Below the pieces are notes generated by a model that searched no databases, was not told the origin of the DNA, and was given only the letters and a program-made list of their open reading frames with translations. A DNA stretch of 64,000 nt from contig OZ025689.1 in the NCBI GenBank assembly GCA_964019335.1, positions 124,001 to 188,000 of the forward strand, written 5' to 3'. A program made the translations under genes and the position numbers. The first letter of the stretch is position 1. Every line of letters begins with the position of its first letter. The stretch is from Diplonema japonicum (taxonomy: Eukaryota; Protista; Euglenozoa: Diplonemea). Below are positions 47,274 through 58,016 of the stretch, one piece after another.

Positions 47274-47520
47274 GAGACTATTTAAGGGTGCCTGCAATAT
47301 GTGGCAGGGCGCCCTGCACAAGCTTGATTACAGGGGGCGCGCCTCGGTCTAGCTGTAGCTTCTTCTGCGTTCCGCGTCGTGTCCTTAATGCGTGCGGTGT
47401 GCAACCCCCTGGTAACCAAGATTCTGAGCCCGTGCAGTTTGTTGCCTGTTCGTCACCCTGAGCATCTGCAATGCAGCGAACAAGAGATATGATGTACTTC
47501 TTTATATTTCCATATTTCTG
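47274..47520 (-). mobile_element. Longer family D copy (LINE 3' end)
   Basis: Ends in the CCTGC-CACATATT-GCAGG stem-loop. The upstream frame KKYIISLVRC weakly resembles the family B C-terminus QKYLLEVVEG. Confidence 0.5.
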
Positions 47521-48211
47521 TGTTATCCCCACCACCCAAAAAAATAAAAAAAAAAAGGGAACGAATTTGGTCCCCTTGTCTTCCTCTGTTGCCCATCGTG
47601 CTGCTAAAAGTGTACTAGTTGCATCATCATGATGCCGCACACCAGACCTAGGCCCGAAGGCTTTTAGTTTTATAGTGTGCATTGAACGTGTGAAGAACAA
47701 AAAAAAGGGGGGGGGGGCGCGTGTCTCTTTTTTCCTTTTCTTTTTCGCAATACTATTTTCTTCTTCTTTTATTTGTTTTTTTTTTTTTGGTCTTCTTTGT
47801 ATGACATAATGTGGGAAAGAAAATGGGAGAAGAATAAAAAAGAGGGTAATAATAATTACCTTTTTTCCCCCCTCCCCCAGTTGCATTTTTTTTTTCCATT
47901 TTTCTTTTGTTGTTTTCCTTTTCTTTCCCTCTTCTTTCTTTCTTTTTTTTTTTTTTTTTTTTTTTTTTTGCAAATTGATGATCCCTCCCTCCTTCCAATT
48001 CCCTTCTATTTTTCTTTTTTTTGTGTGTGTTTTCTTACCCATGTCTCCCGAAGGAAAAAAAGGAAAAAAAAAAAAAGAAAAAAAAAAAGCCTGTTGTTTC
48101 GTTTTTTATTTTTTCCTTTTTTTCTTCCTCTTTACTGGCTGCTTTTTTTAAATATTTTTATTTTTATCAATTGGGACAGGTAGAAAGGGAAAGGGAGAAG
48201 GGGCTTAAGGA

Positions 48212-48260
48212 GAAGTATCAGAGAAAAAACACGGTTGGTCCCAAAGGCTTCGCACTGGGG

Positions 48261-48294
<34 letters not shown>

Positions 48295-48315
48295 GGTAAA
48301 AGTCGTCATCACTTC
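48212..48315 (-). ncRNA. Box C/D snoRNA antisense to SSU rRNA GUAAAAGUCGU
   Basis: Terminal stem GAAGU/ACUUC, box C GUGAUGA, guide ACGACUUUUAC, box D' AUGA, box D CUGA. Confidence 0.7.
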
Positions 48316-49233
48316 TTTTTTTTTTCTCGCTCGAGCTATCGGACTGGTCGGTAAATCACATGACAACCTCAGGCTCTTATCACCTATCTCATGATGGGAA
48401 CTACCTAGGTATACCATCGGCGGTTATAGGGACAAGAAACCTGGTTATTCTTAGGGCTGGTTTTTTAAAAATCAAAATCCTAATAATGAAAAGAAAAAAA
48501 AATAGAAAAAAGAAAAGGTACACCTCCCCCTTTACTCGGTATGAAAAAAAAAGTGCACAAGCTAATTTTTCGACCATTTTTTGTTTTCCCTTTTTTTTTG
48601 CAATTGAATTTTTTGCCGTAGTTGGGTAAGTTACAAGGGCCGTTTTTTTTTTTTTTGTTTTGTTTTTTTTCTTTTGGCAGATGCAAAAAAGACCAACCAC
48701 AGTTCAACGGGGGAGGGAGGTGGGGGGGGCGGGGGTGGCGTTTTCTTCTTTTTCTTACTTGGTGGAACCAGTAAAACCTTGAAAAGAAATGTTATCGCAG
48801 AAAAGAAAAAAAAATAAATAAAAAAAAACATGACTTGGACCCTTCTGAATTGGCGCCCCGAGGGAGCGCCCCTGCACAAAAACAACCCAAACGACTCGTA
48901 TCGTCTTTTTCTTCGTTCGCACAATCTTCTTATTCTTTCCTTCTTCTTTTCGTTCTGTTTTCTTTCCTTTTTTTTATATAACTTCAGTCAGATTTTCAAC
49001 CGTGGGACTTTATTTAATTCTGAGCAGCTCTCTTAAATCCCCAGAACCGTCCGAGAAACAAAGTATCTGATAATTTCCTCATGTTTTTAAGCTAAGCGTT
49101 GCTGGGCGTGAAAATCAGGTACTTTATTTCACCCACACCCACACAGGAAATGCAAGCCCAAGTAAAATTTGTAACATGTAACCTGTAATAACCCACACTT
49201 TCAAATCTGACTGACGTTAAAATAAAACAACGG

Positions 49234-49384
49234 ATTTAGTGAAAATAGATCCGATTTCCACCTGTGGTGATGATGTTTAACTCGTTGATGTTACTTCACT
49301 CGCCTTCGCTCGTGAAGTCATAAGACCCGCTCGTTAAACCTCTGCCACCACGCGTGAAAAATCATACGATCTTCTTCACTAAAT
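49234..49384. repeat. ~150-nt imperfect palindrome sharing motifs with 46600-47265
   Basis: Nested pairs ATTTAGTGAA/TTCACTAAAT, GTGGTG/CACCAC, TTTAAC/GTTAAA and ACTTCAC/GTGAAGT. Confidence 0.6.
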
Positions 49385-49429
49385 AAATAGTTTCTTTTTT
49401 TTTTCTTCTCTTTTTTTTTTCCTTTTTTT

Positions 49430-50605
49430 TTACTGATGAATCAAAGACAGATGAAGAGGAGGTGTGGCCTTGTCCCACATCCATTTATTGCTGAAATGCA
49501 GGTATCGATTGGTGTAGGTGCAGGCAGTGGCGAGGTACTTATTCTCAACAACCCCATCAGCGGGGAGGTTGTCTGTAATAGTCGTAAGCGGGTTCCCACT
49601 AGATATTATAAGGGGAAGCAAGCTCCCTGGTGTGAGGAAGCCTTGAGAGGTTGAGTCGAGTGTAGTGAATAAATCGTAAAAACAATCCTTGCAATCGGGC
49701 CAGAAATCCTCCCCAAAGGTCCGGAATGTAGGAAAATCAACAGCGGGACGCCCTTTCTGCGCCTCGCTGACAGCTGATATACGAGCCTCGACGGTATCAA
49801 GAGGGACGTTTTCAAAAAAAGCACATGGTTTGCCCTTACACCGTTTTTCGGTCATCAAACACCACAGCATGAGGACATCCCTGACAACTCTCTCACTTTG
49901 TGTGGTGCACCAATGTACTGGGTTGAAGCTTGGAGACCAGCCTTTAGGGAACCCCCAGTCCCGCATTACCTTGGGGACATCACTGTCATCGATACGAAGG
50001 ACGTCCGTCATGATGGCCTCCCACCCGTACCTGTCTTCAGGGTTGCATTTGTCGATGAACTGTCTTGCTTCCTTCTTCCTGCCGTTGTTTCTTAGTGAAA
50101 AGAGCAGTTCGTGTCCTGAAACGCCTTTATTCCTGCTTGTTTTTTTGCATATTTTGCAGTACACGTCCATCACGCTGTCGTACTCTTCCCTCGTGCAGTG
50201 CTGCGAGCTTGAGGGTGAGGGCGCGGCCTTTTCGTCTATGCATATCGGGGGCAACCCAACTGCTGACGATCCCAGCGCTGGAAGGCGCAGCGGTGTCATG
50301 GTCTGCTGTGTGGCTGCGTCGTGTTTTTTCTCTCGTTTCTTAGGTGTTTTCGCAGCTGGCATTAGGACGTCTTCTCGCAGGCCTTGTCTATACCGTTCAT
50401 ATGTCCCAGTTAGTCGGGTGAGGCTGCACTCTTCTGTTTTTGTCGGGGACGTGATCGGTGTGAGCACGGTGGTTGTGGTGGTTGTGGTAGTGGTAGTGTC
50501 CTGTCCGTCCTCTTCCGCTTTCTTCTTCTTCTTCTTCTTTTTGGACCCCGTCCGCGACTTGGTGGGGCTTTCCACAAACAGCTCGTCCAGTTTAAACTTC
50601 GGCAT
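49430..50605 (-). CDS. Hypothetical protein with degenerate C-terminal EF-hand
   Basis: Long ORF from MPKFKLDE containing LFTTLDSTSQGFLT. Confidence 0.65.
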   Translation of the reverse strand: MPKFKLDELFVESPTKSRTGSKKKKKKKKAEEDGQDTTTTTTTTTTVLTPITSPTKTEECSLTRLTGTYERYRQGLREDVLMPAAKTPKKREKKHDAATQQTMTPLRLPALGSSAVGLPPICIDEKAAPSPSSSQHCTREEYDSVMDVYCKICKKTSRNKGVSGHELLFSLRNNGRKKEARQFIDKCNPEDRYGWEAIMTDVLRIDDSDVPKVMRDWGFPKGWSPSFNPVHWCTTQSERVVRDVLMLWCLMTEKRCKGKPCAFFENVPLDTVEARISAVSEAQKGRPAVDFPTFRTFGEDFWPDCKDCFYDLFTTLDSTSQGFLTPGSLLPLIISSGNPLTTITDNLPADGVVENKYLATACTYTNRYLHFSNKWMWDKATPPLHLSLIHQ

Positions 50606-50678
50606 TTCTTTTTTTTTGGGGGGGGGAGCCTTCTTTTTTGTGTTAAAGAAACGCAAAAAAAAAAAATAATAAAATAAA

Positions 50679-50720
50679 AGATGTCTTTGAGGGAACCTGC
50701 AGTATGTGACAGGATCGCCT
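50679..50720 (-). repeat. Family D stem-loop tail with probable target-site duplication
   Basis: AATAATAAAATAAAA occurs at both 50665-50679 and 50728-50742. Confidence 0.75.
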
Positions 50721-51136
50721 AAATAATAATAATAAAATAAAATGTGGTTGCATTTTTCTAAAAAGTCTTCGATATAAAGTCCTCAAGGAAAAAAAAGGAA
50801 TAAAGTGGGAAGAAATGTCAGCGATGTCATCTTAAGAGTAAGGGTATTCGGGGACCACGAACAAGGGTCGTATGATCGATAAGACTAGCACCCCATCCAG
50901 TTTGGAGGGAACCATCACACCGTGTGCTCCAACACATCATCTAGTTCAGCAAAAGTCAAATGGAATCAGGTATTGGGTTTCTCCCTCCCACCCCAGAAAA
51001 TCGAACCCCCCAGTGCCTGCTGCACATTGCAAGATTTCTCAGGATTTTTTCCACTCAAGCAAAAAGCAATCAGCTCGGAACCCGAAATACAAGGTATTAT
51101 TCATTTGAGCTCTCCTTGAGCTGAAGGATCTCCTGT

Positions 51137-52795
51137 CTAACCTTTAGAGGGGAAGGAAAACCTGGAATCTAACGGGGGGGAGGAACCCTCTTTTTTCCAT
51201 CTTAGTATTGCCTCATCAAGCTCGTTGACAACAATGCTCTGTTCCGCGAAATCTTGTTGCAGCTGGTCCAATGCATTCGCGTTGATTAGCCCGCCTCGTC
51301 GTTGCTGCAGTAAAACGGTGAAGCGGTGCGTGACCTTGAGAAGTTCATCGATGGGGGTGCTGGGCAGCTTGAGCAACACATACAAAAGTTCCAAGAGTTT
51401 AGCGATGCTGTAGGTGGCGAGAACACCTTGGTCCAACAAACTGGGCAGTGCCTCGTCAACAGCGTGAAAACCAGCAGTCAGGAGTGTGTTGGTCACGCGG
51501 ACCAAAACAGAGTTCATTACATTGCCGACTATAAGGCTGAACCCCTCTGTGACAAGGTGGTGGTATTCCTCGGTCAAGCCCATCTTCGCGATGTTTTCAA
51601 TCAGGTGTGCGATGCCGTTCCCGCGTTGAACCATCTTCAGATCCTTGCTGCGCAGCCTGTCCAGGTACCACCTGGCGAGGTTCAGGGCTTCGACCTTGTG
51701 CTTGCCGGAGCTCTTCGAGGCGATCACTAGCAACCCCTTACCAATATGAACGACATCGTAAGGCGATTCATGCATAGATCGTTTTGAAAGGAACTTAAGA
51801 ACAATATTGTGAATCGACGGGTGGCAGTGTGAGGAGTACAACTGGCAGATTTCAGCATGCCCGCCGTTGACTAGCTCGAATGAGTTACTAGGATCGCGTA
51901 CAACTGCCTCAAGCAGAACGGTGATCGCTTCCATAGGTGTGTGTTCCGGCTTCGGAGTGCACACCGCGTAGCCTTTGGAGAGTTGTTGCCCGAGGTTCAG
52001 GATATCCCTGAGCGGGAGGCCGTTGAAGTACTTCTTCACATAGTTCGGAGGAACCCTGCCTGTGGTCCCTGTCAGGTCCCGCACGATAGAAAACATTCGT
52101 TTGTACAACGCAGCAGCGCGTGCAGATTTTTCCAGCCCAGACACCCCCACAACACCGACTAACGCGTTCCATGTCAAGTCTCCATCGGGTATTGCCTCAG
52201 CGATGTCGAGGAGACAGGATACCGGTACCCCTAGTTTTTTGTATAATGCAACCTGTGCTGAGAACATCACGTCAGGGCCTTGTATGGTGTGACGGCGGAG
52301 GAGCGCCAGGAGTATGGGATCATCCGGCTCCGCCGAAATGGTGAGAAGCACTTCGAGGAGAGAAGTTAAATGTTCTCCTGGAATTATTTGAAGATCCTTG
52401 ACGACACGGAGCATCAACTTTCTGACGGTTGGTGTGTATATTTTTCTAGTCAGCATGTTCTTTCTGGAGGAGATGCACTTGCAGAATAAGGCGTAACGCT
52501 GGATGTTTCCTTTCGCCACGTAGTCGTCCCGTGCGAACAGAAGGCACGCGAAGTCGACAGCTTCCCGGCACCTTGTGTCCCATAGGTCGTTGTTCTCAAT
52601 AAGAACGGCTATGGCGGCCTGTTGGATCGCCCTTGCATCCATCTTCATTCCGTTGTCCCTTACATCGAGTAAAAGCTGCACGCCTTGCGGGCGGTTGATC
52701 TTACTGTCGGGGGCTAAGAACTGAACGTTTAGATCTGTATTGTTTCTCGACACGAAGGCGGCGGTTCGCAGAAGGAGCCGTACTCTTTGTATCAT
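51137..52795 (-). CDS. Hypothetical alpha-helical protein, possible mitochondrial presequence; 3' end uncertain
   Basis: 552-aa Leu-rich ORF starting MIQRVRLLLRTAAF. Confidence 0.7.
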   Translation of the reverse strand: MIQRVRLLLRTAAFVSRNNTDLNVQFLAPDSKINRPQGVQLLLDVRDNGMKMDARAIQQAAIAVLIENNDLWDTRCREAVDFACLLFARDDYVAKGNIQRYALFCKCISSRKNMLTRKIYTPTVRKLMLRVVKDLQIIPGEHLTSLLEVLLTISAEPDDPILLALLRRHTIQGPDVMFSAQVALYKKLGVPVSCLLDIAEAIPDGDLTWNALVGVVGVSGLEKSARAAALYKRMFSIVRDLTGTTGRVPPNYVKKYFNGLPLRDILNLGQQLSKGYAVCTPKPEHTPMEAITVLLEAVVRDPSNSFELVNGGHAEICQLYSSHCHPSIHNIVLKFLSKRSMHESPYDVVHIGKGLLVIASKSSGKHKVEALNLARWYLDRLRSKDLKMVQRGNGIAHLIENIAKMGLTEEYHHLVTEGFSLIVGNVMNSVLVRVTNTLLTAGFHAVDEALPSLLDQGVLATYSIAKLLELLYVLLKLPSTPIDELLKVTHRFTVLLQQRRGGLINANALDQLQQDFAEQSIVVNELDEAILRWKKEGSSPPLDSRFSFPSKG

Positions 52796-52957
52796 GTAGG
52801 GAGCTTACCCCCCCCCCTTCCCCCTTCTCCTCCTTTTTCTTTTTGTTTCATTCTTCGCCCGACGGTGCAAAATAAAAAAAAAATATATATATAAAAGAAA
52901 AAAAAAGAAAATTGGTAAATTAAACATTTCGTTTTTTTTTTGTTTTTGTTTTTTATC

Positions 52958-53764
52958 TCACCTGGGGCTAGACCCACCCCGAACAAGCTCTTCTAGCCGC
53001 CGTTCCTTGCACTGTGGGAAAAAAAAGGGAAAAAAAATTATACTAAAAAAAAAAAAAAAAAAAAAATGGTCGCCCTCCAATCACACCTTGTTTTCAGCTT
53101 TCTTCAAGTACCTATAAGACGCATCATCGTACAGAAGCTGTATCCCTATGCGGAGGTAGTGCAGGGCTTCTTCCCAGTTCTTCAGAAGACAGTATGCACG
53201 CCCTCTTAATTTATACGCCTGAGCGGAATCAGGGTTGCAAGCGATGGCTGCATCTGTGTCTCGTATTGCGGACTGTGCTCTTCGCAGACTGAGGTAAAAC
53301 TGGGCTCGTGTGGAATAGAGCAAGGCTTGCGTGGGATTGCATTCTATGGCGCTGCTTAAGATCGACAGTGCTTTGTACTGTTGGTTGGCTTCCCAAACTG
53401 CTAAGGCTTCGCCTAAGAGGTGCATGGCTCGCTTTGAACAAACTTCGACTTCTTTTGAAGGCTGTACTTCTAGTTGTGGGGGTTCAAGATCTGCTGTTGG
53501 GTCTTTGTTTGCTTTGTCGTCGATCAATGTCTCGCCTTCCTCTCCGGAGCTTTCTTCGCTCCAGTCTCCGTTTAAAAAGCTTCCTAAGCTGAAAACATTC
53601 GCTGCCCTTCCCTTAAGGACGTCGTCAGCCGCGGCCTGCTGGTGTTGGACCATCCCGTGCATCTCCACCACGAAGTCGCGCAGATGTTTCATCTCCGAAT
53701 TGTGCAGCATGCTTGGGTTGCTGCGGCACATGTCCATCATCTCTTTCATAGCTTTCTCAATCAT
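52958..53764 (-). CDS. Hsc70-interacting protein (HIP/ST13)-like TPR protein; intron 53012-53086
   Basis: NPSMLH.SEMK.LRDFV dimerisation motif. TPRs AIECNP, AIRD..AAI..NPDSAQAYKLRGRA. Confidence 0.8.
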
Positions 53765-53862
53765 TGCGTTGTCCCCCCCCCCCCCCCCCCCCCACACACC
53801 CTTCTTTTGTGCGTTTAAGAAAAGGGGAAAAAAAAAGAAAAGAAAAAAAACAATTTAACTTT

Positions 53863-54450
53863 TTAATACAAATTTGTTTTCTTCAGAAGCCTCATGAATT
53901 CTTCCTCCGTCACGCAATCCTTTAGGTTTTCCTTCACCTTCTTGTCCTTCGGCCGGTTTTTTGTTGCGAATTCTATCATTTCCATGAGCTCTTCGTCCGT
54001 CATCTTTTTTTTTTTTTTTTTTTTTAAATTATATACCTGTTCTCCAATTTCTTGGGAAACCACACGTAGGTCTTCGAATGTTATCACCTCGCCCTTGCCG
54101 CGGTCGTGTCGCTCTGTATCGCAAAACATCTTAAATGCTTTGAGCGTTTCCTCTTTGCTGTCTTTCTCGCCCATCTTCTTTACGAGCACCTCTAGGAACA
54201 TGTTGAAGTCGAGAACCCCCGACCCGGTTTTGTCAACGGAAGAAACCAGCCTTTTTAGCTCATCTTTGTTCGGTTCAAATCCAAGGGCCCTGAGCGCAAC
54301 TTTAATATCCTTAGCCTGGATTTTGCCGGTACCGTCCACATCAAATAAATCGAAAGCCTGTTTCACCTCCGCCTTTTGTTGTGCTGTCAGCTCTATCTTA
54401 ACCTTCCATTCAGCCTTGCCTTGCTTCTTGCCTTTCATCGGTGTGGCCAT
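53863..54450 (-). CDS. Centrin; 33-nt poly(A) intron 54004-54036
   Basis: [25 protein letters not shown]. Removing the intron restores the [15 protein letters not shown] centrin spacing. Confidence 0.9.
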   Translation of the reverse strand: MATPMKGKKQGKAEWKVKIELTAQQKAEVKQAFDLFDVDGTGKIQAKDIKVALRALGFEPNKDELKRLVSSVDKTGSGVLDFNMFLEVLVKKMGEKDSKEETLKAFKMFCDTERHDRGKGEVITFEDLRVVSQEIGEQVYNLKKKKKKKMTDEELMEMIEFATKNRPKDKKVKENLKDCVTEEEFMRLLKKTNLY

Positions 54451-54451
54451 T

Positions 54452-54482
<31 letters not shown>

Positions 54483-54822
54483 TTTTCTCCCACCCCCGTT
54501 TTTTTTTTTTGTTCTTATTTCTTTTTTTTAAAAAAAAAAGAGGTCGGGGTATCAACAACCAGGGATTCTTATAATAATTAAAAAAAAAAAAAGAAGAAAA
54601 ACCAGGACATTTTTTTTTTTTTCTTTTTTTACGGATTACCCCACGGCCATCAAGGGTAGGGAAGAAGTTTTTCTTTCGCAAAAAAAAAAAAAAAAAAAAA
54701 AGAAAGAAAAAGAAAAGAAAAGAATTTTTGTTGGTTAAAAACGCAGAAAAAAAATGGAGGAAAGGGAAAAGGAAAAGTGATCAGAGAAAAAAAAAAGAAG
54801 GAGAAAGAGAACAAAATAAAAA

Positions 54823-54855
54823 AGAGATGAGATAAAGGAGGCTGGAACGTCCCTC
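54823..54855 (-). repeat. Tiny family C LINE tail
   Basis: AGAGATGAGATAAAGGAGG...GGAACGTCCC matches 22291-22331. Confidence 0.65.
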
Positions 54856-55102
54856 TTTTCTCTCTTCATACACTCAGTGAATACTTCTTTTTTCAAAAAA
54901 AAAAGAAAAAAAAGAAGCTGCTTTTTTTCTCTTTTTTTTTTTCCTCTTCTCCCTCTTTCTTCTCCAATTTTCCAACTTCCCTTTTTTTCTTCGTGTTTAC
55001 AAATGTGATTCTCCATTTTTGTAGCACGCAGAAGGGGGGGGGGGGGGGGGGGGGGAACTTCTCTCCGTGTCGGTCTTTTAAACCAAAGGTACAGGATATA
55101 TA

Positions 55103-56425
55103 TACTGTAAAACGAAAAACTCCCGGACGGAAAAATGTTAGTTTTTTTGGCGTCCGGGAACTTTTCCGTCCGGGAATTTCTTTTAGGTAAGGCCGTCAGG
55201 GGGCCTGGTCCACTACCACCTGGAAGAAACCCCCAGGGTTCCCTTTCTGCATCTTTGTCCTCCCTTGCTGCCCCTGAGGCAATCAGCTTGTTGAGCCTTC
55301 GTGTGGCCTACTACCTTTCTTAATAGATGCTTTACAGCTGCGTTCAACCCAATATCCGTCGGTTGAACCATGTAGCCCAGGGGGACAAAAGCAATGTGCA
55401 CGTTTGCGCCTGCGAACCACTCTACGAACCCATAGGCATAGGTCGTGTGAGAGTTGTGGTCGCCGACAAGCAGCAGAATCGGCCCGTTCGGCAAAACCAT
55501 GGAATCGATGATTTATAGCAAAAAGGAAGAAACAGCTCCGTAACCCAGATACCGAGTATCATAATTAGCCCAATGATTGGGCGATGCCGTTAGGCTCCAT
55601 TCGATGGGCGGGTGCTTGACTTTCTTGCTGCAAAGTTTTGTCAGCCTAGCCAGTGGAAAAGGACAGTGCCCCACCAAAGTCTACCAGGTCTGTCTTTCGG
55701 GCTGGATTGGCGCGCAACAGCCCTTCTGCATAGGTGCATATTTGTTGTGCTGGGATAGGCCCGCCAAGCCCGTTTTACCTATCGACTCAAACAAAAACCT
55801 TTCAGCCCCCGAAGGATGCTAAATCCTGTATTGGCGATACGCTGCTATCACGGCGTCGCGGCGGCCAGGGTGCGGTAGGGTGGAATAGCAACGTCCAGTA
55901 TTTCCGTCTGGAAGAAACTGGGGGCTCTGTTGAACCTGTTGCTGCCGTCTTCTGACCGAGGCAGAGGCCGCCAAGATGCTTTCGGGGGTTTATACTTGCC
56001 TTCTCGGCCCGGTGTAAGGAGTTTATCTCCTCCACCTCTCGGGGGTGAGCTGGCCGGGGGTGTCAGCACCAAAGTTGGGCCCCTCACAAGCCAGCTGCTC
56101 AACGGCCTTGGGTAGTCGAACTGGTTAATTTGACGAAAGAAGTACGGGTTTATGAGAAGTTAAAGATCCCGTGGGTGCTGTTTGTTGGTGCATTGAAAGG
56201 GGAAGAAAAATTCAAACTGCCACGCACATTTTGGCTCTGCACAAGGAATAAAGCCCTTCCAGGCAAACGTGGTGGGAGCTGCTACCCCCCTAAAGTAAAA
56301 AAACTTCTTCCCAGAAAAACTCCCGGACGGAAAAATGTCCGAGTTTTTTTGGTGTCCGGGAGTTTTCCGTCCGGGAGTTTTTCTGTCCGAGAATCTTTCC
56401 GTCCGACATTATTCGTTTTACAGTG
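55103..56425 (-). mobile_element. Decayed pogo/Tc1-mariner-superfamily element
   Basis: TIR ACTGTAAAACGAA in TA runs and subterminal palindromic AAAACTCCCGGACGGAAAA repeats. DDE_1-like remnant LLLVGDHNSH...QPTDIGLNAAVK. Confidence 0.8.
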
Positions 56426-56481
<56 letters not shown>

Positions 56482-56531
56482 TTATTCGTGACACAATTTG
56501 ATGATCAAATATTTTCCTCTCTTGTCAAATT

Positions 56532-56796
56532 CTAGTGAGGGGACGGTGGGGGTTCTTCCTCGTACTTTTCAGGTGGTAACTCAGGTAGTTTTAAAGTTAG
56601 AGACAGCGACAAGCATGCAATGCAAGCGCCGATAGCGTAGGGGGTCCCTAAGTGTTTTTTTTTTTTCCTCCCCAATTTTTTTATTTTTTTACCTTCAGGA
56701 CCACCTTCGTTAATAGAGAAAAGAATACCCATGAATAGGGGACCGAGCCCTTCTGCAAGCGCCCGAAATGCAGCAATGGCGCCTTGAACTTCGCCC

Positions 56797-56827
<31 letters not shown>

Positions 56828-57905
56828 CCTCTCATACCTGTTTCCCTTTAATCTCAGCAGCCGATGAAGCAAGTGAAACAAACGCAGGGCCGAACACCCC
56901 AGACACCAGAGACATCAATGCCGCTACATCCAACCACAGCTTAGTTGTTGCTACTGTAAACAAGCACATCTTTACAACCCATCCAGCAAGCCCGACTTGC
57001 ATCAAGATTTTATCTTTAACACCGAACTTCATGCACACACGCACGATGATGAACTCTGACATCATGTGGCAAAACCCGATGAGAGACAGGAACCTCCCGC
57101 GTTCCATCACCCCGTAGTGGAATTTTCGGGTGAGGTACAGCATGATAGACGAGACGAGGGACCAGTAGGAGATGAAGTAGAGGAAGGCAATGGTCATGAG
57201 ATGCCTGAGGAACTGGTCGTTCCACACCCAGGCCATGACACGGAAGGGATTCGCTGCGCTCCAGTCCATTTCCTTCCCCCTTCTCGGAAGGGATTCGGGG
57301 AGAAACACGAGAGAGTACATCATCGCGGAAAACCCCAACAACGTTGTTAGCTTGAACGCCGCTATGTTACCCCCAGCAGCGGCTGCCATGCCACCAAGGT
57401 AAGGCCCCACCGTCAAAGAAAGCCCCAGTGTACCCAGCACCACACCATATGCGTTTGTTCGTTTTGGGCCTTGCGGGGTTGTGTCGGCTACGAATGCAAA
57501 CACAACAACAAATGTACCCTTTAGAATCCCTGAAAGTGCAACCAAAACCTGGTAAGTCAGCATGTTGCTCCCTAGCATCAGTGCAACAACGGGGATCATT
57601 GCACCTAAGGCCGCAACGGCCAACGGAACGCACCGTCCATATACATCGCTCACCGCTCCAAAGATAGGGCAGAAAAAGAAAGACAGAATACCCTGTACCG
57701 CCAGTGTGTAGCCCTCCACTCTGTAACTCGCTGCCCCAAATGTCTGAGCCTGCATCCCCGGTATCACCGCTCTCGTGATCGTGAAGCTTAAAAATTCCGT
57801 TAGACACATAGGGATCACTGATAAAAACATCGGTACCTTTCCATAACACACCTTCTTCTCGTACGCCTCTCTGGACGGCGACCCCGCCCTCTCACCTGCG
57901 TCCAT
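56532..57905 (-). CDS. MFS transporter (HIAT1/MFSD14-like); introns 56796-56837 and 56648-56692
   Basis: GAVSDVYGR, FAFVADTT, LPESL. Spliced QGEVQGAIAAFRALAEGLGP motif. Confidence 0.88.
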
Positions 57906-58016
57906 TAGAAGGGCTCTTGGGCGTGTAACCCACCCACCCTCCTTGTGTTTGTGTGGTTTTTTTATATTTTTGTTTTCGTTGAAATAAGAAGTAAATGAAC
58001 CCCTTGTTCCCGTCCC

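Noticed and set aside
48291-48312. U5 snRNA loop I look-alike (GACUUUUAC)
   Set aside because: The closing stem is out of register and there is no clear Sm site. C/D boxes plus rRNA complementarity explain it better.
50810-51135. Possible extra exons or C/D snoRNAs downstream of the 552-aa gene
   Set aside because: All frames have stops and no convincing box C plus terminal stem was found. Left unresolved.
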